This document shows positions 9,401 to 15,653 of a stretch of 32,000 nt of DNA, piece by piece. A program made the position numbers and the translations under genes. The stretch is from Opitutales bacterium (GTDB taxonomy: Bacteria > Verrucomicrobiota > Verrucomicrobiia > Opitutales > PNEW01), in assembly GCA_965219535.1 (NCBI GenBank), contig CBDCNV010000001.1:90001-122000 (forward strand), in the 5' to 3' direction. Numbering within the stretch: position 1 is the first letter of the stretch; every line of letters begins with the position of its first letter. The notes under the pieces were generated by a model that was not told the origin of the DNA, ran no database searches, and worked only from the letters and a program-made list of their open reading frames with translations.

Positions 9401-9679
9401 CTCGTGAAATATCCCGTGCGCATCGCGCTCAATCCCTTTATCTCCGGGATCGGTACCTTGTTTCCGCAATTGGTTTCGGGCGGAGCGATTGTCGCCATGG
9501 TCTTAAGCCTACCCACCGTGGGCCCCTTGATGCTCGAAGCCCTCATGACCCAGGATATGTACCTCGCCGGTTCGATGCTCATGGTCCTCAGCTTGCTCGG
9601 TGTGCTCGGAACCCTCGTCAGCGATCTCCTCCTCATCTGGCTCGACCCCCGCATCCGTTTTGAAGCTGGTGCGCGGTAG
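6401..9679 (+). CDS. Fusion protein: N-terminal TM anchor, family-5 (Opp/Dpp-type) solute-binding domain and DppB/OppB-like ABC permease domain
   Basis: The SBP_bac_5-like region includes [38 protein letters not shown]. From about aa 745 (nt ~8630) a permease begins: [28 protein letters not shown] ... [18 protein letters not shown] ... [28 protein letters not shown] (EAA-loop region). The ORF is a single uninterrupted 1092 codons. Confidence 0.8.
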   Translation: [1092 protein letters not shown]

Positions 9680-9705
9680 GTGCGAACGCGCGTTTTAGGT
9701 TTTAT
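9671..9705 (+). terminator. Candidate intrinsic terminator overlapping the stop codon of the 6401..9679 gene
   Basis: GCGCG (9671-9675) pairs with CGCGC (9687-9691), followed by gttttaggttttatgtttt. The stem is short with an 11-nt loop, so support is weak. Confidence 0.35.
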
Positions 9706-9726
9706 GTTTTAAGTGTTAAGTAACGA

Positions 9727-9805
9727 GGTGGAGCGGGCTGTCCCTAGCACGTTTCTTATTTCATATATAAAAAAAATCTAAACGCGCTAGGGACGGCGCG
9801 CTGCG
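9727..9805. repeat. Family-2 palindromic (REP-like) element, copy R1
   Basis: ggtggagcgggctgtccctagcacgttt ... aaacgcgctagggacggcgcgc. The arms are imperfect reverse complements around an AT-rich spacer. Confidence 0.75.
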
Positions 9806-9833
9806 ATTCATCGCTGCTTCCCATAGACCCCCC

Positions 9834-10519
9834 TTACACCATGATGTAGACTATATAGACCGTTCGGATAACAAGAGACAGCCCACTTATATCTGTGAGA
9901 CCGAGCCCGGTGACGCCTTTCTTTTTGATAGGTTGTGGAATTGCAATAAATAATAGTGGGATAATAGCAAAAAGGGCTGTAAATACATCAATCAGAAGAA
10001 CACCTACAGTGGACATAAGACCTAATAAGAATGCCGCAAATGGTGCAGAAATTATGTTCAGTCCTCCAAAAATCACCGCTCTTATACCATGAATATTTGA
10101 AAGATATTTATCGGGAATCATGAGTGGCATTGTTGCCATCATAGCTGGACTATGGAACCCTCCACCTACTGCACGAATAAACATGATGAGGTATACCATC
10201 CAAATTTAAACCTTATCGATATAGAAGAAGTATGCTAAAAACAAGGTTGCCAGAGCAATGATGCTGTCCGACAGCAGCATTATTTGTTTACGATTCCAAC
10301 GGTCGACTAAAGTGCCAATAATTGGACCTATTACTACTTGTGGAAAAATCCGAATAGAGCAGCCATACTTAAAACTGTCGCTGAATTAGTTTCCTGAACT
10401 AACCACCAAACTAAAGCAAATTGAACAATTTGACTGCCTAGTGATGAGACAGTCTGACCAGAAAAAAGGACAAAAAATACTTTAATAGAATGCGATTGAA
10501 CTTGAGCTTCGTTTGCCAA
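9834..10519 (-). pseudogene. Disrupted and 3'-truncated MFS transporter (MFS_3/EntS-like)
   Basis: The N-terminal half of an MFS is spread over three frames: (TTG)MANEAQVQSHSIKVFFVLFSGQTVSSLGSQIVQFALVWW..., then PQVVIGPIIGTLVDRWNRKQIMLLSDSIIALATLFLAYFFYIDKV*, then MVYLIMFIRAVGGGFHSPAMMATMPLMIPDKYL.... It ends after about 6 TM segments, next to repeat R1. Confidence 0.75.
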
Positions 10520-10596
10520 AAGTTGATCAGCTTATATTTATTCTTATCACACCCGCAAACCTTATAAGAATGCTACTCATGCTTGGTGCAAGCGCA

Positions 10597-10703
10597 CCTA
10601 CAGCTAACCATACTCGAGCGGCAGCTAATGATGAGAGAGTTTTGATGGGCTGGGGTATACTTTGGGATATACCCTGAACAATTTAACTGTTCAGATTACT
10701 AGC
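10597..10703 (+). repeat. Family-1 intergenic repeat, copy C (long form: core plus two hairpins)
   Basis: Core cctacagctaaccatactcgagcggcagctaatgatgagagagttttgatgggctggggtata. Hairpin 1 pairs gggtata with tataccc (10653-10674). Hairpin 2 pairs ctgaaca with tgttcag (10674-10694). The element ends with attactagc. Confidence 0.85.
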
Positions 10704-10827
10704 TTAACTTGTGGTATATTTAACTAACTTGCAATGTGGCAAGACTATCGCTAACCAATATGTTAGACGGCAGAATAATCGTAGAAGACTGCTCGAAAAC
10801 CCGAATCCAATGGGGAAAACGTAAAAC

Positions 10828-11349
10828 GTGTCTAGTATTCAGGATAGAATAATTCGTGCTGCGAAGTTGGACGCCAAGCTCTATGAGGAGGTCGAGGCCG
10901 ATCAAGGTGCGATGGGTCAGGCCATTGCCGTAGTTGTCTTATCTGGAGTCGCAGCTGGGATAGGAAACTCCGCAAACGGGGGTCTTTCGGGAACCATCAT
11001 CGGCACGATTGGAGCCCTCATTGCATGGTACGTCTGGGCCCTTCTAACCTATTTCATTGGAACAAGATTTCTACCAGAGCCTCAAACCAAAGCGGATCTC
11101 GGAGAGCTGCTGCGAACCATCGGTTTCTCGAGTGCACCCGGGTTGATTCGTGTCTTGGGAGTCATTCCAGGCTTCACGAATCTCGTCTTTTCTGTTGCAG
11201 GCATCTGGATGCTGGTCGCGATGGTGATTGCCGTCCGTCAGGCGCTGGATTACCAGAGCACGTGGCGTGCGTTCGGCGTCTGCATAATCGGCTGGGTCGT
11301 ACAGGTCGTGATTATCTTGATCTCGCTCTCGCTCTTCGTCTCATCATGA
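10828..11349 (+). CDS. Yip1-domain family integral membrane protein
   Basis: GTG start. The N-terminus IIRAAKLDAKLYEEVEADQGAMGQAI followed by five hydrophobic segments is the typical architecture of the bacterial Yip1 family. Confidence 0.7.
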   Translation: MSSIQDRIIRAAKLDAKLYEEVEADQGAMGQAIAVVVLSGVAAGIGNSANGGLSGTIIGTIGALIAWYVWALLTYFIGTRFLPEPQTKADLGELLRTIGFSSAPGLIRVLGVIPGFTNLVFSVAGIWMLVAMVIAVRQALDYQSTWRAFGVCIIGWVVQVVIILISLSLFVSS

Positions 11350-11396
11350 ATAACTCGCGTCAACTGGAGTGGCCCAAAAAAATCTCACCAGCCCCA

Positions 11397-11504
11397 CCTA
11401 CAGTTTAGTATTCTCGAGCGTCAGCTAGCGATGAGAGCGTTTTGATGGGCTGGGGTGTATACTTTGGATACCCCCTGAACGAATTAACCGTTCAGATTAC
11501 TAGC
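11397..11504 (+). repeat. Family-1 intergenic repeat, copy D (long form)
   Basis: By eye about 85% identical to copy C over ~107 nt. Hairpin 2 is ctgaacg/cgttcag (11475-11495), which differs from copy C by a compensatory base-pair change. Confidence 0.85.
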
Positions 11505-11536
11505 GAATATTAATTAAGTTCGCTCACTAAGGCGCA

Positions 11537-11794
11537 TTACACCCACATATTTCTTACAGCGATGTCAAAGCTGGTGACAATACCGGTGCCCTCATTTTCC
11601 CATGCCGTCTGATAATACTTATAACGTGGCCCGTTAACTTTACCATCTTGAATTACAACATATCCGCTATGATTTTTCGGTGGTATAATGACCATGTAAG
11701 GGGAATTCGTATTCTTATCGGGCCTGTGAGTATTCCATGCAAAGTCTTTGCCCGACTGTAACGTCAATAGTTGCTGCTTCGCTTTATCCTCCAT
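11537..11794 (-). CDS. Hypothetical protein (85 aa)
   Basis: ORF only; no motif recognised. It lies between repeat copies D and E. Confidence 0.45.
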   Translation of the reverse strand: MEDKAKQQLLTLQSGKDFAWNTHRPDKNTNSPYMVIIPPKNHSGYVVIQDGKVNGPRYKYYQTAWENEGTGIVTSFDIAVRNMWV

Positions 11795-11887
11795 TAATAA
11801 AGTCTACTAGCTTCTTAGGTGTTTTGCAAACAATGATACCAGATGCTTGATAATCCACAAACCAATTGCATCCTTGATGATGCCCTA

Positions 11888-11940
11888 TCTCAAACTTAGC
11901 ATTCTTCGAGCGCCAGCTAGACGTGAGAGAGTTTTGATGC
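11888..11940 (+). repeat. Family-1 intergenic repeat, copy E (3'-truncated, most divergent)
   Basis: tctcaaacttagcattcttcgagcgccagctagacgtgagagagttttgatgc. Similarity stops after gttttgatgc. Confidence 0.65.
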
Positions 11941-12147
11941 CACTTTCGCTAATGAGGATGGCATTGACATCAGTATTACAGTGGAAGAGATGGTAATTGA
12001 GTAATCCTAGCTTTAATTACCACTGCTTTCGGGACGCTGAGTTTCCCTTTTACCTATGCGGGTTTCAAGGGCAGTTGCCAGATAACAGAATATTTGGCAA
12101 CTATTGTGAATTTTCAACTACTCGCGATAGGTTCTGAGATTAAAATG

Positions 12148-12537
12148 TTAATTTATATTTTTGCTTTGGGAAAGAATTACTTTGATTACTTGTTTAACAT
12201 CATTCGATGATAGAATGGAATGAAGAGTTCTAATAAATTCTTCTTCATTTTCGACTTTAAATTTTTCATTTGATATTTCGTTAAAAATTTTTAGAGGATA
12301 AAGAAAAAGTGGCTGTTCTATACGGAGCACGGTTACACTATAGTCGTCTAAATTTTGTGCTAAGATATCAAGTCTGATAGAGATTGTATTTGCAGATATG
12401 ATGGGCCAAACTTGTCCTCTAAGAGTTCCATTTGTCTGTGTTCCTAAAATTTCTGCTTGCTTTTTGAGTATTGTAAATGGCGGTGTTATGTCATCACCAG
12501 TTGGCAGATCACCCCATAAATTTTCATCTTTATTCAT
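12148..12537 (-). CDS. Hypothetical protein (129 aa) in a visibly AT-rich segment
   Basis: ORF only; no recognised domain. Composition is clearly more AT-rich than the flanking genes. Confidence 0.5.
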   Translation of the reverse strand: MNKDENLWGDLPTGDDITPPFTILKKQAEILGTQTNGTLRGQVWPIISANTISIRLDILAQNLDDYSVTVLRIEQPLFLYPLKIFNEISNEKFKVENEEEFIRTLHSILSSNDVKQVIKVILSQSKNIN

Positions 12538-12774
12538 GATAGCACCATCCTTTCTATTTCAATTTCAAAATCAAGGGGAAAATGGGCATCGCCAATGTCA
12601 TAATGCGTATGATCGGGATTCAGTTAAAGAACAGCTATATCTGTAGAAATATTAGTGACAATTATCACCTAATCACCTACATGAGGAAATGTTAGCTAGA
12701 AGCTATAAACCTCCTCGGCACCAAAGCACCGAAAAGGATTTTATAATTCTTGGAGATATGCATAGAGCTAAAAC

Positions 12775-14184
12775 TTAACTGGAGGGTAAGGGCCAATTAA
12801 GTGAATTATCTCGGGCCGTCTTCAGATAGTTCTCTATTATTCGCACTACTTTAGGATATTGAGAGGCAAGATTATGATTTTCGGATAGATCATTTGATAA
12901 ATCATATAATTCTAAAGGGGCATCAGGGTCTTGACTAAATGCTTTCCAATTTTGCCAACGCACAGCTTGTTGAAAACCTCGCTCTTGAAATACCTGATCA
13001 ACCTTCCAGTGATTTTCCCAGTAAAGAAATCGATTGGGGTCATTTGGTGATTTCCCAAGAAGTAACGGCAACGCACTATTACCGTCAATGCCTGAGGGAG
13101 ATGTGATTCCAGCCAGTTCAGCCGCCGTGGGAAGAAAATCAGCAAAGTACCACACGGCATTACTTACTTCTCCCTCTTTTACCTTCCCCTTCCATTTTAC
13201 AATCATGGGAACTCGAATACCACCTTCTAATAAATCGCCTTTGTGACCACGCAAGGGCCCATTATTATCGAAACGATCTTCGAATGATTTGAGAGCCCCA
13301 TTATCAGAACTGAAGAAGACAATAGTGTCCTCATCGAGTTTCAGTTCTTGAAGCAAACTGAGGATACGTCCCACATCTGCATCCATGTATGAAATCATTG
13401 CCGCAAATATTTTCTCTTTCATTCCCCAAGGTTTATTTGAATAAGGGTCAGTATCTGGGACAGATAATTCGTCGTGAGGTCCATGAGGTATCGTTAGAGG
13501 AAGATAGAGGAAAAATGGAATATCTTTATGCCGTCGAATAAAATTTATCGCAAAATCAGTAAAGACATCCTGCGAATAAGTTTTTTTATTTAAGCCCTTA
13601 TTACCTTCGAGGTAAAATATGTCATCATTACGCCAAAGAAATTCAGGGAAAAACTCCAGGGCATGATCCTGATTGAGATAACCTAACCATTCGTCGAAGC
13701 CCTGTTTCGTAGGAAGGCCCGTCGTTTGAGGTTCCCCCAAACCCCATTTCCCTGAGATACCTGTCACATAACCCGCCTTTTTAAGGACTTCAGCTACCGT
13801 TATGTTTTCCAATTCAATAGCGACACGCCCTTCAGGTCCAATACCACCAATTTTAGCATGATTGCCGCGAAGTCGAGTATGACCGAGGTGCTGACCGGTC
13901 ATTAAAACGTTGCGGGATGGAGCACAGATAGGTGAGCCCGCGTAGCATTGAGTAAAACGTGTTCCCTCCCTGGCAAGCTGATCCAAATGTGGTGTTTTAA
14001 TTAGTTTTTGACCATAAGAACCTAAATTCCCATAACCTAAGTCATCAGCTAAAATAAAAATGATATTTGGTTGTCTTACTATTGATTCACCAGGACTAGA
14101 AGCTAAAATATCAAAACAGTTTATCAGGATAGTGGATGCGGCGGCGTATATTAATTGTTTAAGAAATCTACGGCGATCATTCAT
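12775..14184 (-). CDS. Arylsulfatase-family (formylglycine-dependent) sulfatase, exported via a Tat-type signal
   Basis: Twin-arginine N-terminus MNDRRRFLKQ. Active-site motif SPICAPSRNVLMTGQ. Also DDLGYG and SSDNG motifs. Confidence 0.9.
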   Translation of the reverse strand: MNDRRRFLKQLIYAAASTILINCFDILASSPGESIVRQPNIIFILADDLGYGNLGSYGQKLIKTPHLDQLAREGTRFTQCYAGSPICAPSRNVLMTGQHLGHTRLRGNHAKIGGIGPEGRVAIELENITVAEVLKKAGYVTGISGKWGLGEPQTTGLPTKQGFDEWLGYLNQDHALEFFPEFLWRNDDIFYLEGNKGLNKKTYSQDVFTDFAINFIRRHKDIPFFLYLPLTIPHGPHDELSVPDTDPYSNKPWGMKEKIFAAMISYMDADVGRILSLLQELKLDEDTIVFFSSDNGALKSFEDRFDNNGPLRGHKGDLLEGGIRVPMIVKWKGKVKEGEVSNAVWYFADFLPTAAELAGITSPSGIDGNSALPLLLGKSPNDPNRFLYWENHWKVDQVFQERGFQQAVRWQNWKAFSQDPDAPLELYDLSNDLSENHNLASQYPKVVRIIENYLKTARDNSLNWPLPSS

Positions 14185-14245
14185 AACGATTTTTATTATA
14201 GAGCCTATGAGTCCATTAGCTAGTTTAAATATAAATTCCGATATT

Positions 14246-14263
14246 CAAGGACTGACCCCATTT
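14246..14263 (+). repeat. Solo partial copy of the RAYT-flanking repeat (half-site)
   Basis: caaggactgaccccattt matches cagggcctgacccctttt from the right IR (1421-1438) at 15 of 18 positions. The GTCAG half of the hairpin is absent. Confidence 0.35.
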
Positions 14264-14318
14264 AAAATTCCTGTTAGTAATATTTCTGAGATATTTTATG
14301 CAGTTAAATTGATACAAG

Positions 14319-14999
14319 ATGAAACCACTTGCCTACCTAAAGGACCGAGCACACGACCTCATGCAGGGACGTGAAGACCGGCTTGAATCTGGTGCCATAG
14401 ACGAAGAGACCTGGTATAAAGAGATATCCGCAGTTATCACGCCTTCGTACCTGGCCGGTGACAACCCACGTCGCCAGTCTGGGCACAGTGGTGACGAAGC
14501 ACGGTGGAAGCAGGCCAGAGGGTTGATCGGCGATGCATTTTATAAAAATGGGACTTTTTTAGATGTGGGATGCGCGAATGGTTACCTCATGGAATCGATA
14601 CAGCGATGGAGCCTGGAGAGGGGTTATGAGATCGAACCCTACGGGGTCGATATCTCACCTGAACTCGCGGTCCTCGCGAGGGAGCGATTGCCCCATTGGG
14701 CAGATCGAATCCATACCGCTAACGCTCTCTACTGGAAGCCCACAGTTCAATATACATACGTTCGAACCGGTTTGGATTATGTTCCACAACGGCGATATAA
14801 GGATTTTATTCAGCACCTGCTGAAAAATGCCGTGCTGCCGGGAGGGCGGTTGATTATCGGGACCTATAACGAAGAAAAGGAGTTAAAGCTCAATGAAGAT
14901 CACTTGACGGGTTTGGGCTTTACGATAAATGGCCGATCAGAACGTACCCATAGTGATCCCCGCCTCTCTTACAAGGTGATTTGGATGGATAAATTATAA
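14319..14999 (+). CDS. Class I SAM-dependent methyltransferase
   Basis: SAM-binding motif I FLDVGCANGYLME. The size and layout fit a small-molecule methyltransferase fold. Confidence 0.75.
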   Translation: MKPLAYLKDRAHDLMQGREDRLESGAIDEETWYKEISAVITPSYLAGDNPRRQSGHSGDEARWKQARGLIGDAFYKNGTFLDVGCANGYLMESIQRWSLERGYEIEPYGVDISPELAVLARERLPHWADRIHTANALYWKPTVQYTYVRTGLDYVPQRRYKDFIQHLLKNAVLPGGRLIIGTYNEEKELKLNEDHLTGLGFTINGRSERTHSDPRLSYKVIWMDKL

Positions 15000-15084
15000 A
15001 GCTTCGTCTTCGCTTGCCACGTCGTAGACTAATGGTGAAGACGGGTCTGCCTCATCGTCTGCGTCTTCTTTTATTAATTACAAT
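14999..15084 (+). repeat. Family-3 repeat unit U1 (AAGCTTCGTCTTCG... type)
   Basis: aagcttcgtcttcgcttgccacgtcgtagactaatggtgaagacgggtctgcctcatcgtctgcgtcttc recurs at 15309 and in part at 17490 and 27398. It has an internal cgtcttc/gaagacg stem. Confidence 0.75.
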
Positions 15085-15089
15085 ATCAT

Positions 15090-15196
15090 GGTGGAGCGGG
15101 CTGCCTGTCCGACATAGCCTTGGCGACGGCTGATCCCTAGCACGCTTCTTCAATTATAGCTGCAAACCTGCGCCCCTTCAGGGCGCGTACTACACC
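15090..15196. repeat. Family-2 palindromic element, copy R2 (interrupted variant)
   Basis: ggtggagcgggctg, then a 30-nt insertion, then tccctagcacgcttctt. The right arm is replaced by the GC hairpin gcgccc-cttca-gggcgc. A ccagggg/cccctgg hairpin follows. Confidence 0.6.
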
Positions 15197-15308
15197 TCCC
15201 CTATACCAGGGGTTAACACCCCTGGCTATTGAGGGATGTCGGGCATACCCTCGGTAGCCTTCACCCCTCCAGGGTGTGATGGATTTGGGTTAATTTTATT
15301 GTTCCGTA

Positions 15309-15413
15309 AAGCTTCGTCTCGCTTGCCACGTCGTAGACTAGTGGTGAAGATGGGTTTGCCTCATCGTCTGCGTCTCTATTGTCATTGCGAGGAGTGAAGC
15401 GACGAAGCAATCC
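15309..15413 (+). repeat. Family-3 repeat unit U2 plus the attgtcattgcgagg...cgaagcaatcc module
   Basis: Direct repeat of U1 about 310 nt downstream. ctattgtcattgcgagga (15376-15393) is the reverse complement of tccctcgcaatgacaatag at 15604-15622. Confidence 0.7.
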
Positions 15414-15589
15414 AGGGGAATGTCTGTTGAGTAATCACAGTCCCTGGACGTAAAACTTCATTCAGAAGTTCGATTGCCAAACTAAAGTGTATATCAAGCT
15501 ACTCATGTTTCTTAGCGGTGATTGTTTTCCGTAACCACAATGACTATACGCCTGGAATGGAAGATGTCGCTCCGTTCGGTAGCCGCGCT

Positions 15590-15622
15590 CGGCTGATAGC
15601 ATCCCTCGCAATGACAATAGGG
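15590..15622 (+). repeat. 33-nt unit CGGCTGATAGC-N-TCCCTCGCAATGACAATAGGG
   Basis: The same unit, in the same orientation, occurs at 27548-27580. Confidence 0.7.
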
Positions 15623-15653
15623 CCGCGCTCCTTTAGACCCTTTTTCCCATTCT

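Noticed and set aside
9089-9654. Antisense ORFs of 126 aa and 99 aa inside the permease domain. Similar overlapping ORFs occur elsewhere (1575..1877, 7565..7972, 15968..16288, 25642..25950, 29181..29597).
   Set aside because: All lie antisense to or out of frame with strongly supported genes and have no recognisable motifs. This is typical shadow-ORF behaviour.
9921-9945. A 15-of-19 nt similarity between the MFS pseudogene segment encoding IPQPIK (ctttttgataggttgtggaat) and the repeat core gttttgatgggctggggtat, which would suggest the repeat derives from an MFS gene.
   Set aside because: The match is short and does not extend on either side. A rough estimate gives a chance match of this quality in a 32-kb window a probability near 0.1, so it is not compelling.
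10597-10660. The family-1 core as a conserved coding segment. The plus frame gives PTANH(S/T)RA.A.DE.VLMGWGI and the minus frame gives IPQPIKTLSS.A.ARE.L.
   Set aside because: The frames are interrupted by stops in copies D and E. Substitutions between copies are not biased toward synonymous changes. The copies are not embedded in longer ORFs.
4178-11940. Calling the family-1 repeats canonical integron attC sites, and hence the region an integron or CALIN.
   Set aside because: Only copy C, and weakly copy B, has a plausible RYYYAAC...GTTRRRY pair. Copies A, D and E lack a GTTRRRY heptamer. The R/L-box pairing I could draw by hand is no better than expected for arbitrary sequence. No intI is in the window. 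I keep this as a hypothesis to test, not as a feature call.
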